64,000 nt of DNA from Bacteroidales bacterium (GTDB lineage: Bacteria > Bacteroidota > Bacteroidia > Bacteroidales > WCHB1-69), in assembly GCA_024400835.1 (NCBI GenBank), contig JAKSMC010000011.1, forward strand, positions 572 to 64,571, written 5' to 3'. Both the position numbers and the translations under genes were made by a program. The notes beneath the pieces are model-generated. The model saw nothing but the letters and a program-made list of their open reading frames with translations. It was not told the origin of the DNA and searched no databases. Of this stretch, positions 8,402-18,658 are shown in pieces (within the stretch, counting starts at the first letter, position 1; each line of letters starts with the position of its first letter).

Positions 8402-11400
8402 CTATTGGAAGGCGTTCTCGCTCAGTCCGTCGCCGGTGATGGTGAGGCGGCTCATGTAGTCCGGATATTCGCGGCCGAGGTACTTGTCAACGTAAATCTT
8501 GGCTAAGTACTGACCGAGCATGAAGCCGTGGCCGCGCATGCCGACGAGCAAACCGTTGTCCGGGTCGACGATGTAGCGAGGCTCTGTGTAGTAGCCGGCC
8601 CATGTGGCCTGGAAACTGACGTTCTTCAGCTGCGGTATCCAGTCAATGAACATCTCTGCGCAAACTTGTAAGAAGTCCTGGGTGTTGTATTTCAACTCTT
8701 TGCCGGCTTGCAGGTTCTCGCATGCCGGGGATGCGCAACCGATGATTTGGCCCGTTTCGGCGAACTGCTGTCCATAGACGGCGGAGAAACCTTTGTATTT
8801 CCTTCTGTCAATGAGCATGTCTAAGCAATCTCCGTTCTTACCCAGCATCGGCAGGCGATGGGTGATGAATGCCTGGTGCTTGATGGGGTAGAGGCCGAGA
8901 TATAGACCGAGTTGTTCGGCAAACTTGTTGGCGCTCGGTCCGAGGGCGTTGACGAAATGTTCGCAGTGATACTCCACATACTCCTTGTCGTGGTTGAGTA
9001 CCAAGGCCATGAACCCTTTGGCGGTTCTTTGCACTTCAATCAATCGACAGTCTTCTAACAGCACGCCGCCTTTTTCGATGGCGATGTTGCGGATGTAGTT
9101 GATGGTCGGTCCCGGGGTGGCCTGCCAGCAGGCGTTGGTGATACAGGCAGCCTGGTATGTGTTCAAGTTAGGATTGAAATAAGGAGATACCTCTTTTACA
9201 AAATCCTTTTTGTCAACCATATAACCGTCTGACCAGCCTAAAGATTTCTCTAAAGCTTTGTAGTTGGCTTCGTCATGTGCAAAACCAACGTAGCGAATAG
9301 GCTTGTAGTTGATATTGGTGACCTTTTGAATCTCTTCGAAGATTGCGCGGTTGTGTTCTGCAATGTCTGCGATTTCGGGGACGGAGAAGCTCGGACGGCC
9401 GCCACCGATGCAGCGCCAGGAGGAGCCGCGTTCGGCATTACAGAGAACGACTTTCTTGCCGGCTTCTGCGAAGTAGCGGAACAGGCCGCTGCCGGTGATA
9501 CCGCCACCAGCCACGAACACATCGCATTCTACTTTCTTGGTCGGTTGGCCGTTGACGTTGGTGATGAAAGTGGCATTTTCATTCTTGCCGACCAGTTCGC
9601 CGATGTTGAGTTGTGAGGAGAGCGGTCCGCGCGGGGTGGCGTCGCCCACCACGGTCACACCGTAGCCGGCCAGCAGTTGCTTGACACGCGGGATGCAGCG
9701 TTTGCCGCGGCACGGGCCCATACCGATACGGGTGATGTGCTTGAGCTCATCTACTGAAATGATGGTCTTGCCCTTGACTGCTTCGAGAATCTTGTCGATT
9801 TTCACGTCGTCGCAGTGACAGACGTAGGCAGGTGCTTCTTCGTTTTGGTCTAACTTCTGCCAGTCCAGCGGTTTCGGGAATCTGTCTTTGAGTACGAAGC
9901 CCGTTACTTCGGTGAGCGCTTCACCATTGATGGTCAAGGCTTTTACGCGGGCCACATTGGTCTTGTTCTCACCCTTGGTGATTTTTTCGATGATGCCTTC
10001 GCCGATGTTCTGGCCGTTATCATTGACCAAGAACACTTCTGCATTTTCCTCGGCTTCGTATTCGAACGGCAGGAAGAGCCAGTTCTTCGGGATGTTGTAT
10101 CCAAACAGAGCCAGGCCTGGGCAGTGGTTGACGCACTTCATACAGCCGATGCACTTGTTGTAGTCGATTTGCGGTACGCAATTGGTGGCCAGTTTGGTGA
10201 TGGCGCCTTGCGGACAGGAAAAAGAACACGGGTTGCAGGCGAATCCGTAAAGGCAGTCGGCCATGACGAATGGCTTTTGCAGTCGGTCGCCGGTCGGGCG
10301 GTTGGGTTTTTCGAGTACGCGAACAGGATGCTGCTGAGAGTCTGCATAGTCCTTCGTGACGGCGAGGTAGTCGTCGTAATTGAAGCGCACGCCCATGGCC
10401 TGAGCGATTTCCATGGCAGCCTGCTTGCCGCGTAAAACGGCGCACGTGCCTTCGCCCACGCGTGTGGCGTCGCCGATGCCGTAGGTGTTGAGTCCGAACG
10501 TGACTTTGCCCTTTTCAAGGATGAGGTTGTCGGGTTTCAGACCTGTGCAGATGTTGATCAAATCGATGTCTTTGATGACTTGTTCTGTGCCCGGTACGGG
10601 CTTGAAGTTTTTACATTCGGCAATCACTGCGCCGATAACGCCGGTGTGGTCTTCGTTTGGAATGGCCTTCAGCAAGGTGTGAGATGTGATGATGGGGATG
10701 CCGAGACGGCGTACGCGGTTGGCCTGAACGGGGAATCCGCCTTCATGGTCCATGGCTTCGACGATGGCGACAACCTGTGCGCCTGCCTGCATGGCCTGAT
10801 AGGAGGTCAGATATCCGATGTTGCCGGCACCTATGGTGAGTATGCGTTTGCCTAACAAGGTGTGCTGCAAGTTCATCATCTTTTGAACCACAGCGGCTGT
10901 GTAAACGCCGGGAAGGTCGTCATTTTCAAAAGTCGGCATGAATGGGAATGCACCAGTACCAACAACGAGATAGTTGGCGTCAACGTAGAATATGGAATTG
11001 TCTTCCATGTTCTTGGCGGCTACACGTTTGCCCTCCAAGATGTCCCACACGGTGCTGTTCAGCAAAATGCCTGAGTGGTCGTCTCCAGCCAATGTCTTGG
11101 CAATGTCGAAACCGCGCATGCCACCGTATTTCTGTTCTTTTTCAAAGAAGAAGAACTGGTGGGTCTGCATCGTGAACTGCCCGCCAATGCGGTCGTTGTT
11201 GTCGATGACGATGTTGGGGATGCCCATCTTGTTGAGTTGTTCGCGGCAGGCTAAGCCGGCAGGACCGGCCCCGATGATGACAACTTCAGTCTTGTAGATC
11301 TTGGTGCTGCCGTTGTCGGATTTCGCCGGAGCATTTTCCGGCATGAAGTTGTGGCTGATTTCTTCCACCTTCTGCACACCGTCGACTTTTGTGATGCAGA

Positions 11401-11635
11401 TACGTTTCACTTCGCCGTCCACCAACATTTCGCAGGCACCGCACTTGCCGATACCGCAGTCCATGCTTCGCTCACGACCGTTCAAACTGTGGCTGTGAAT
11501 AGGGAACCCTGCCTGGTGCAATGCGGCGGCAATGGTGTAGCCTTTCTTGGCCTGTACTTGTTTTCCGTTGAATTCAAATGTTACGATATCTCCTTCTGGA
11601 ATATCGAGAATCGGATGTTTGAGAATTGGATACAT
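8402..11635 (-). CDS. 1077-aa single-chain fusion oxidoreductase. Domain order: 2Fe-2S (HcnA/SoxA-N-like), pyridine-nucleotide-disulfide oxidoreductase, 2x[4Fe-4S], BFD-like [2Fe-2S], DAO-type FAD dehydrogenase.
   Basis: CGIGKCGACEMLVDG; VVIIGAGPAGLA and ILTIGAGNIGYL Rossmann motifs; CPQGAI...CIGCMKCVNHCPG; YVCHCDDV...GMGPCRGKRC; DVFVAGGGITGSG followed by a DAO-like C-terminal ~370 aa. Confidence 0.8.
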   Translation of the reverse strand: MYPILKHPILDIPEGDIVTFEFNGKQVQAKKGYTIAAALHQAGFPIHSHSLNGRERSMDCGIGKCGACEMLVDGEVKRICITKVDGVQKVEEISHNFMPENAPAKSDNGSTKIYKTEVVIIGAGPAGLACREQLNKMGIPNIVIDNNDRIGGQFTMQTHQFFFFEKEQKYGGMRGFDIAKTLAGDDHSGILLNSTVWDILEGKRVAAKNMEDNSIFYVDANYLVVGTGAFPFMPTFENDDLPGVYTAAVVQKMMNLQHTLLGKRILTIGAGNIGYLTSYQAMQAGAQVVAIVEAMDHEGGFPVQANRVRRLGIPIITSHTLLKAIPNEDHTGVIGAVIAECKNFKPVPGTEQVIKDIDLINICTGLKPDNLILEKGKVTFGLNTYGIGDATRVGEGTCAVLRGKQAAMEIAQAMGVRFNYDDYLAVTKDYADSQQHPVRVLEKPNRPTGDRLQKPFVMADCLYGFACNPCSFSCPQGAITKLATNCVPQIDYNKCIGCMKCVNHCPGLALFGYNIPKNWLFLPFEYEAEENAEVFLVNDNGQNIGEGIIEKITKGENKTNVARVKALTINGEALTEVTGFVLKDRFPKPLDWQKLDQNEEAPAYVCHCDDVKIDKILEAVKGKTIISVDELKHITRIGMGPCRGKRCIPRVKQLLAGYGVTVVGDATPRGPLSSQLNIGELVGKNENATFITNVNGQPTKKVECDVFVAGGGITGSGLFRYFAEAGKKVVLCNAERGSSWRCIGGGRPSFSVPEIADIAEHNRAIFEEIQKVTNINYKPIRYVGFAHDEANYKALEKSLGWSDGYMVDKKDFVKEVSPYFNPNLNTYQAACITNACWQATPGPTINYIRNIAIEKGGVLLEDCRLIEVQRTAKGFMALVLNHDKEYVEYHCEHFVNALGPSANKFAEQLGLYLGLYPIKHQAFITHRLPMLGKNGDCLDMLIDRRKYKGFSAVYGQQFAETGQIIGCASPACENLQAGKELKYNTQDFLQVCAEMFIDWIPQLKNVSFQATWAGYYTEPRYIVDPDNGLLVGMRGHGFMLGQYLAKIYVDKYLGREYPDYMSRLTITGDGLSENAFQ

Positions 11636-11700
11636 ATCACTTCATTTTATTGGTATATAATAATTTAGATAAATTTATTTTGCTTGATTAAAAGAGTTGG

Positions 11701-11708
11701 CAAATATA
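11701..11708 (-). promoter_or_regulatory. Bacteroidota -7 box upstream of the fused oxidoreductase
   Basis: The minus strand reads TATATTTG, ~66 nt upstream of the ATG at 11635. Confidence 0.4.
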
Positions 11709-11732
11709 CAAATCAATATGTAATAATAATCA

Positions 11733-11768
11733 ATAGGCACGCATTTTTTTTTAAAAACACGTGCCTAT
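11733..11768 (-). terminator. Possible terminator hairpin after folC
   Basis: 9-bp stem ataggcacg/cgtgcctat with an 18-nt A/T loop. The downstream U-run is weak. Confidence 0.3.
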
Positions 11769-11790
11769 CATATGCAAAATAAAGTGATGT

Positions 11791-13068
11791 TTACAAATTT
11801 TCTAACAGGTTTCCGACGACAAAGCAACTTCCACCGACGAAGATGATGTCTTCGGGAGAGGCGTCTGCTTCGGCAGTTTGAAAAGCATCGAGTACGTTGC
11901 CGCATATTTTGCAGCTCAGTCCATGTTGCGAAAGCATAGCTGCCAAGTCGGCTGCTGGGATGGCGCGTTCGATGTTGGCTTGGCAAACGTAGAACAGTGC
12001 TTCTTTCGGAAGCAGGGGGATGATATGCTCGATGTCTTTGTCAGATACCATGCCGAACACCATGCGCAGTTGCCGGCACGGTATCTCGGCCAGCTGCTTC
12101 ATGGTAATGGACAAGCCTCCGACGTTGTGTCCGACGTCGCAAATAGTGAGCGGCTGGCGGCGGAGCACTTGCCAGCGGCCTTGGAATCCTGTGTTGCTGA
12201 TGACATGCTCGATGGCGGCCACAGTGACGTCCTTGTCAGATGGCATCAGTTGATGCAGCACGTCGGTGGCCTGCAGGAAAGTTGCGAGGTTCTTGCGCTG
12301 GTATTCGCCGCTGAGCGGCATGTTGACATGCTCGTATTTCACATTGCCGAACACGTCGATGATGTTGCAGTCGTAGAGCTCTCCGCTTATGGTGTAGTTG
12401 TCGGCGGCTAAAAACAGCGGGGCGTTCTTCTGATTGGCAATGTCGGTGAACACTGGAAAACTCTCAGGGTGGAATTCTCCGATGACAACGGGCGTGTCCT
12501 GTTTGATGATGCCGGCCTTCTCAAAGGCTATTTTCGCGATGGTATCGCCCAACATCTGGGTGTGCTCCAAAGTGATGTTCGTGATGATGGAGAGTAGTGG
12601 ACGCAACACATTGGTGCAGTCTAATCTGCCGCCCAATCCGACTTCTATAACTGCGATGTCCACTTTCTGTTCTACAAAATAATAGAAAGCCAATGCCGTG
12701 GTCATTTCAAAGAATGACGGTTCTAACTTGTCGAATTCGGATTTGTATTTTTTGAAGAAATCCAATATGAAATCTTCAGGAATCATTTCACCGTCGATGC
12801 GTATGCGCTCACGAAAATCTACTAAGTGAGGGGAGGTGAAAAGCCCGGTTTTGAGATGCTGTTCCTGACAATAGGATGCCATGAGGTGAGCCACAGAACC
12901 TTTGCCGTTGGTGCCGGCGATATGGATAGCTTTGAGTTTGCGTTCGGGATTGCCGACGATGTTGAGGAGTGCTTCTATGTTTTCCAATCCTTCTTTGTAG
13001 GCCGCGCTCCCGATTTTGTGATACATCGGATAAGCGTGAAATATTTCGTCAAGAATTTCTTTATACAT
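11791..13068 (-). CDS. folC: Folylpolyglutamate synthase / dihydrofolate synthase
   Basis: HIAGTNGKGS P-loop, FTSPHL, EVGLGGRLD, and Mur-ligase middle and C-terminal domain layout. Confidence 0.9.
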   Translation of the reverse strand: MYKEILDEIFHAYPMYHKIGSAAYKEGLENIEALLNIVGNPERKLKAIHIAGTNGKGSVAHLMASYCQEQHLKTGLFTSPHLVDFRERIRIDGEMIPEDFILDFFKKYKSEFDKLEPSFFEMTTALAFYYFVEQKVDIAVIEVGLGGRLDCTNVLRPLLSIITNITLEHTQMLGDTIAKIAFEKAGIIKQDTPVVIGEFHPESFPVFTDIANQKNAPLFLAADNYTISGELYDCNIIDVFGNVKYEHVNMPLSGEYQRKNLATFLQATDVLHQLMPSDKDVTVAAIEHVISNTGFQGRWQVLRRQPLTICDVGHNVGGLSITMKQLAEIPCRQLRMVFGMVSDKDIEHIIPLLPKEALFYVCQANIERAIPAADLAAMLSQHGLSCKICGNVLDAFQTAEADASPEDIIFVGGSCFVVGNLLENL

Positions 13069-13185
13069 AATGTGTTAGTTTTACCGCAAAGGCGCGAAGG
13101 ATTATTGTTGCGTTATCAGACGCGATGCTTTTGAGATATAAGGAATGTGTTAAATCAGAAAATGCGTTGGGAAATCTGAAGGCAG

Positions 13186-13884
13186 CTATTTGAAGATAAT
13201 CACGCGCAGTTCCTCTTTTCCGGATTTGTATCTGGCGCGTTTGGCTTCATTAACACATTGGTTTTGCACCATGCGGTTCGTAATCGTGGTTTGGTACTTT
13301 TTGTTGTTGATCACGTGAGCTTCGGAAACGGAGCCGTCAGCCATGACGTGTACTTCAACGCAAACCTGTCCTTCTTCATAGACCGTAGTGTTGATGTTGT
13401 TGATAAGGCCTCTGGAACCGGTTCCGTAGCCGATGCCGCCGCCGGAGCCTGAGCCGGTGCCGGGGCCAAGGCCTGAGCCTGTGCCAGTGCCGATGCCTGA
13501 GCCGCTGCCACCACCGGAACCACTGCCGCCGTGACCGCCCTTGTACATGGCGGTCGGGTCAACCTTGGGTGCGGCAGGTGTGGGGTTGGTGCTGGTTTTA
13601 GGAGCCTTGGACACGGAAGGTGCGTCATGTTGCGCATTCTGTGTGGCATAGTTTTGTGCCGTGGGAACGTTCGAGGTCTTGGGGCTGGGCACTTCCGCGC
13701 CACCGCCACCTCCTCCACCGGCAATCTGCTCTATGTCCACATAGAAAGTCTTCTTGGGCGGCGGAGGAGGAATCTGAGATTTCAGTCCAAATGTGATCAG
13801 CAGCACGATGATGAGAATCATCGCGCTTACTGATACACCTGTTGAAATCAGATTATCTTTTCTATTCTCGTTCGTTTCTTTCAT
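13186..13884 (-). CDS. tonB: TonB-family energy transducer with Pro-rich and long Gly/Ser-rich linker
   Basis: N-terminal TM anchor, PPPPPKK, a GGGGGGG run, a GSGSGGGSGSGIGTGTGSGLGPGTGSGSGGGIGYGTGS tract, and a TonB-C-like end. It lies directly downstream of exbB-exbD. Confidence 0.7.
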   Translation of the reverse strand: MKETNENRKDNLISTGVSVSAMILIIVLLITFGLKSQIPPPPPKKTFYVDIEQIAGGGGGGGAEVPSPKTSNVPTAQNYATQNAQHDAPSVSKAPKTSTNPTPAAPKVDPTAMYKGGHGGSGSGGGSGSGIGTGTGSGLGPGTGSGSGGGIGYGTGSRGLINNINTTVYEEGQVCVEVHVMADGSVSEAHVINNKKYQTTITNRMVQNQCVNEAKRARYKSGKEELRVIIFK

Positions 13885-14321
13885 TTGGCTTCGGTGGCAA
13901 GCACCATTTTATATCTTTCCTCTTCAGGATAGGATTCGTTCAATTGGTTCAGCACGTCCATCAGGGCCACGACGTTCTCGACGGGTACACTTTTGTCGGC
14001 GCGCAGTATGATGGATTTCATCTCGGAGTTGTCCTGCGCGGCGGCCTCTTCCAATGCGGACAGCAATGACTCGTACGGGATGGCTTGGGCGTTGGAACCT
14101 TCCGGGTTGACGAAATATTCGAGGTCTTTGTTGATGTATACTTCTATATTTTTAGCAACCAACTGCTTGTCGGCTGTGCTCTTCGGCAGCACCAAGTTGA
14201 TGGCGTTGGGTGACACCATGGTCGATGTCAGCATGAAGAAGATCAACAACAGAAACACCAAGTCCGACATGGAGGTGGCACTGAAGGTGGTGTCAACCTT
14301 GTTTTGCATTTTTATTGCCAT
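13881..14321 (-). CDS. exbD: Biopolymer transport protein ExbD/TolR
   Basis: SDLVFLLLIFFMLTSTM TM helix followed by a periplasmic domain. Overlaps the tonB start by 4 nt. Confidence 0.85.
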   Translation of the reverse strand: MAIKMQNKVDTTFSATSMSDLVFLLLIFFMLTSTMVSPNAINLVLPKSTADKQLVAKNIEVYINKDLEYFVNPEGSNAQAIPYESLLSALEEAAAQDNSEMKSIILRADKSVPVENVVALMDVLNQLNESYPEEERYKMVLATEAK

Positions 14322-14340
14322 AACGCTGTGCTTTTAGTCG

Positions 14341-15042
14341 TTATACGTTTTCGTGAAGAAGGTCCATGAACTCTGTCGTGCGGATTTCCAGCATGTATAC
14401 GACGTTGGAAATCTTGGAAACAATCATGTTGTGGAATACCAATGCCAGGACGCCGACAATCAAACCGGCGACAGTGGTGATCATAGCCGTGTAGATGCCG
14501 GAGGACAGCGTTCCGATGTTGAAGTTGTTGGGATCTGCTGCCATGTTGTGGAATGCGGACACCATACCGACGACCGTACCCAGGAAGCCGAGCATCGGGG
14601 CGATGGCGGCAATCGTTGCCAAAGCGGATACACCTTTTTCCAAGCGGCCGACCTCAATGTTGCCTTCGTTCTCCACAGCTGTGCGGATGTCATCCAACGG
14701 GCGGCCGATACGTGACAGGCCTTTTTCAATCAGACGGGCGGAAGGATTGTCATTGCCTTTGCACAGGGCGACGGCTGATTCCAACTTGCCATCGTGGATG
14801 AAATCACGGATGTTGTTCATGAAATTATATTCTTCTGTAGATGCTCTGTTGAGCACAAGCAGTTTCTTTACGAACAGATAAATGGCAAATCCCAACATTA
14901 AAAACAGCGGAATCATAATCCACAAACTGTTGAGCGCGAACACCAATTTGAAGTAGGATGTCTCCTGAACTTGGGCGGCCTCGTTGGCTGCGACGGCAAT
15001 CGTTTCGGCATTTGCTGCCTGTAATAACAATAAATGATTCAT
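14341..15042 (-). CDS. exbB: MotA/TolQ/ExbB proton channel protein
   Basis: Conserved LATIAAIAPMLGFLGTVVGMVSAF and TAMITTVAGLIVGV helices. Confidence 0.85.
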   Translation of the reverse strand: MNHLLLLQAANAETIAVAANEAAQVQETSYFKLVFALNSLWIMIPLFLMLGFAIYLFVKKLLVLNRASTEEYNFMNNIRDFIHDGKLESAVALCKGNDNPSARLIEKGLSRIGRPLDDIRTAVENEGNIEVGRLEKGVSALATIAAIAPMLGFLGTVVGMVSAFHNMAADPNNFNIGTLSSGIYTAMITTVAGLIVGVLALVFHNMIVSKISNVVYMLEIRTTEFMDLLHENV

Positions 15043-15220
15043 AATCGAAAAAATTTCAGCAAAAATACTATCTACATCAAGTTGACGAGAATATAAACGT
15101 TTTTTTTTCTAACATGGTATTGTTTATATTCTTTTGCGGTTAACGCAAGGCCCCCATAAAAATTGTATATTTTTGTCCATTATTGCATAAAATCCCCTTT
15201 TCAATAATCAGCAAACAAGC

Positions 15221-17866
15221 ATGAAAGTTTCAAATTACCGAGTATCAACCAACTCTAGAAAACAGTCTGGCACCTCTACACTGACCCGCCATGCCAAGGC
15301 TCAGCGTAAGGCCGCCGCTCCGAAAGCCGCAAAAACTACCAAAAAAAAGAAGACCTCTTCTGAAGGGTCTTTCGGTAAGTCTATGTCCAGCCCTCATGCC
15401 ATTCAGGTCTATGGCATCATTCTTATGGCTTTCGCCCTGCTGCTGGCTGTCTCTATTTTCTCATTCTATTTCCATGCCCATAACAACATTACATATGTTG
15501 ACGGCCATCGTGCGATAGTCTCTGAAAATATTGCGCGCTCTGTCGGGGCTTATCTGGCCTATTTCTTTGTCAATGAGATTTTCGGAGTCTTCTCCATCGG
15601 CTTCCCGTTTTTGATTTTCCTTTATGGCATGAAACTCACTTTCAACAAGGCACCGCTGTCCTTAGGAACAACTACGCTCAACACCTTCCTGACGATGGCC
15701 TGGTTCTCTATCTGCTTCGGCCTGTTTTTCTATAACGGTGACAACTCTTTCGTGTCAGGCCTTTTCGGTAATTTTGTGGCTGACACGTTGTTGAACGGCG
15801 TAGGCAAGTTGGTGACGGGATTGATTGTGGCAGTGCTCTTCTTCGTGATTCTAATTCTTTGCTATAAATTCCCAATCAATGCGGCTTTCGACCAGCTGCA
15901 GCAATCTATCGTGAACCTTCCTGAAAAAGATATGGAACGCGAATCTGCCAAAAAGCAGAAACGTGGCAAACGCAGTCGTAAGGACGACGATGACGAGGAG
16001 GACGAAAACGATTCCGTCACTCAGCGCGAGGATTTAGACGATCTATACATCTCTGATCATGGTTGCCTGACGAAAGAGTACGGATCCAATACAACCAGCT
16101 GGGATATCGAACAGCCGTCTCATCCAAAGCCTGAACCGATTGCGGATGAACCCGTTTACAAGCCGGCTGCCCGTGAGACGGAGGAAGTTCCGTTTGAGTG
16201 GGTGAGCAATAAGGAAGCCGCTTCCGAGGAAGAATCCGCTGAAATCTCTGCCGCAGAAGAACAGCCGGCTGACGATACTGCAGAAAAGCAAGTCGCCATG
16301 ACGGCTGAGGAGGTACGCAATCTTCCGCCGTACGATCCCCGTGCTGATCTGTCAACCTATGAATTCCCGCCGATTGACCTGCTGAACGAATATCCGGCAA
16401 AGGAGGCTACAGAGGAACTGATGAAACGTGAGCTGTTGGATAACAAGAAACGCATCGAGGCCACGCTGAACAGCTTCAATGTGCCAATCAAGAAAATTTC
16501 CGCCACCGTTGGCCCGACCGTGACCTTGTATGAGATTGTGCCTGCTGATGGCGTGCGTATCAGCAAAATCAAGAATCTTGAAGATGATATAGCCTTGAGC
16601 TTGGCGGCGTTAGGTGTCCGTATCATTGCACCGATTCCGGGTCGTGGCACCATCGGCATCGAGGTGCCGAACAAGAACGCCAACATCGTTTCCATGAAGG
16701 AAATCATTGCTTCTGATAAGTTCCAAAACAACAGCTATGCGCTGCCTATCGGTTTGGGACGTACTATTAACAACGAACCTTTTGTGGTGGACTTGGCCAA
16801 GATGCCGCACTTGCTGGTGGCTGGTGCAACCGGACAGGGTAAGTCTGTCGGTTTGAATGCCATCATCACTTCTTTGCTTTATACCAAGCATCCTACGGAG
16901 TTGAAGTTTGTGTTGGTGGATCCGAAGAAGGTTGAATTCACGCTTTATGCTGCTATTGAAAATTACTATTTGGCTAAATTGCCGGACAACGGTGATGCTA
17001 TCATCACGGATACGAAAAAGGTGGTGAGAACGCTGAATTCCCTCTGCAAAGAGATGGACGACCGCTATGATTTGCTGAAGTTGGCCAAGATGCGTAATAT
17101 TAAGGAATACAATGCCAAGTTCTGTGCCCGTGAGTTGTCTCCTGCAGCCGGCCACCGTTATCTGCCCTATATTGTGTTGATTGTCGATGAGTTCGGTGAT
17201 TTGATCATGACGGCGGGCAGGGAGGTGGAACAGCCGTTGGCCCGTCTGGCCCAGTTGGCCCGCGCTATCGGCATCCACTTGGTAATTGCTACGCAACGTC
17301 CTTCCGTAAACATCATCACCGGTAGTATCAAGGCTAACTTCCCGGCACGTATCGCCTTCCGTGTGCAATCTGGTGTCGACTCGAAGACCATTCTCGATGC
17401 CACGGGCGCTAATCAGTTGATTGGCAAGGGTGACATGTTGATATCCACGGGCAGCGACATCGTCCGTCTGCAGTGTGCGTTTGTCGACACTCCCGAAGTG
17501 GAGAAGATTGCTGACTATATTGAGGAGAAGTCGCAACTCAGCCCGTTGATGAACCCATACGAGCTGCCTGATGTTCCGGAGCCCGGCAGCGAGCCTTCGG
17601 AAACCAACTTCGATGACGAGCCTGCCTCCGGCGAAATCGACCCTCTGTTTGTGGATGCCGCCGTCTTGACTGTCCAAACGCAAATAGGCTCTACGTCCAA
17701 CATCCAGCGTAGAATGCGCCTCGGCTACAACCGTGCCGGACGTATTATGGATCAATTGGAGGAATTCGGCGTCGTGGGCCCTGCCAACGGCAGCAAACCT
17801 CGTGAAGTGCTGATGAAGACCAATGCGCAGCTTCAGGAAATGCTGGCCAGCAAAGGTCTTCTATAA
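15221..17866 (+). CDS. ftsK: DNA translocase FtsK/SpoIIIE
   Basis: N-terminal TM helices and an acidic linker. Motor domain has PHLLVAGATGQGKSV (Walker A), IVLIVDEFGDL (Walker B), IGIHLVIATQRPS, and a gamma domain SNIQRRMRLGYNRAGRIMDQLE. Confidence 0.93.
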   Translation: MKVSNYRVSTNSRKQSGTSTLTRHAKAQRKAAAPKAAKTTKKKKTSSEGSFGKSMSSPHAIQVYGIILMAFALLLAVSIFSFYFHAHNNITYVDGHRAIVSENIARSVGAYLAYFFVNEIFGVFSIGFPFLIFLYGMKLTFNKAPLSLGTTTLNTFLTMAWFSICFGLFFYNGDNSFVSGLFGNFVADTLLNGVGKLVTGLIVAVLFFVILILCYKFPINAAFDQLQQSIVNLPEKDMERESAKKQKRGKRSRKDDDDEEDENDSVTQREDLDDLYISDHGCLTKEYGSNTTSWDIEQPSHPKPEPIADEPVYKPAARETEEVPFEWVSNKEAASEEESAEISAAEEQPADDTAEKQVAMTAEEVRNLPPYDPRADLSTYEFPPIDLLNEYPAKEATEELMKRELLDNKKRIEATLNSFNVPIKKISATVGPTVTLYEIVPADGVRISKIKNLEDDIALSLAALGVRIIAPIPGRGTIGIEVPNKNANIVSMKEIIASDKFQNNSYALPIGLGRTINNEPFVVDLAKMPHLLVAGATGQGKSVGLNAIITSLLYTKHPTELKFVLVDPKKVEFTLYAAIENYYLAKLPDNGDAIITDTKKVVRTLNSLCKEMDDRYDLLKLAKMRNIKEYNAKFCARELSPAAGHRYLPYIVLIVDEFGDLIMTAGREVEQPLARLAQLARAIGIHLVIATQRPSVNIITGSIKANFPARIAFRVQSGVDSKTILDATGANQLIGKGDMLISTGSDIVRLQCAFVDTPEVEKIADYIEEKSQLSPLMNPYELPDVPEPGSEPSETNFDDEPASGEIDPLFVDAAVLTVQTQIGSTSNIQRRMRLGYNRAGRIMDQLEEFGVVGPANGSKPREVLMKTNAQLQEMLASKGLL

Positions 17867-17939
17867 TATAATTCCCCCATTCGTTAAACTTTGAGAAGAT
17901 ATCTGCATCTCTCACTCGTTTTTTTTATTTTTTAGAAAG

Positions 17940-18590
17940 ATGAATAAGAAACAATTTTTCACAGTGATTTTATGCCTCTTGTTTGCTGTGGCAGGCAGCG
18001 CGCAAAATGTTGACGGCGGTGCGACCGAGTTGATGAAAAAGGTCTCTGCGAAGTATCAAGCCTATACTTCTATGCAGTTCCACTATACTTTGAAGGTTAC
18101 CAAAGATAGCAAGACGCTGAATACCTATCAAGGAGATTTCGCTTTGAAAGGTAACAAATACAGAATGACTTACAATGGCCAAACCTATTTCTGCAACGGT
18201 GTGACCAGTTGGAACTATCAGAAGTCAACCAATGAAGTTTCCATTTACGAATATGATCCGGAGGATGATGACAATATGATGAATCCTCAGCGCATCATGA
18301 AAAACTGGGACAAGCATTTCCGTGCAAAATATATTCGAGACGAGAACATCAACAATGTTTCGATGGCCTTAGTTGACCTTACCCCTAAAGTCTCACAATC
18401 TTATTACCGTATTCGTTTATATATAAATAAAGGTAATAATAATATAGTAAGGATTGCACTTTACGAGAAGGACAACACAACTTACACCTATTACATTGAA
18501 CAATTTAAATCAAATGTTACCCTTTCCGACAGTTATTTTGTATTCGACAAGAGCAAATATCCTGGCGTTGAGGTTAACGACATGCGATAA
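17940..18590 (+). CDS. lolA: LolA-like outer-membrane lipoprotein carrier protein
   Basis: Signal peptide, ~215 aa beta-rich protein, and the usual position immediately after ftsK in Bacteroidota. Confidence 0.65.
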   Translation: MNKKQFFTVILCLLFAVAGSAQNVDGGATELMKKVSAKYQAYTSMQFHYTLKVTKDSKTLNTYQGDFALKGNKYRMTYNGQTYFCNGVTSWNYQKSTNEVSIYEYDPEDDDNMMNPQRIMKNWDKHFRAKYIRDENINNVSMALVDLTPKVSQSYYRIRLYINKGNNNIVRIALYEKDNTTYTYYIEQFKSNVTLSDSYFVFDKSKYPGVEVNDMR

Positions 18591-18615
18591 TAATTGTTAT
18601 TTAGAGTTTTAATGT

Positions 18616-18652
18616 AAAAATCCCGCACATCAATGATATGCGGGATTTTTTA
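18616..18652 (+). terminator. Rho-independent terminator after lolA
   Basis: aaaaATCCCGCAcatcaatgataTGCGGGATtttttt. Confidence 0.75.
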
Positions 18653-18658
18653 TTCTCA

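Noticed and set aside
16610-17755. 381-aa ORF antisense to ftsK
   Set aside because: It is a shadow of the strongly conserved FtsK motor domain, with no start context or motifs.
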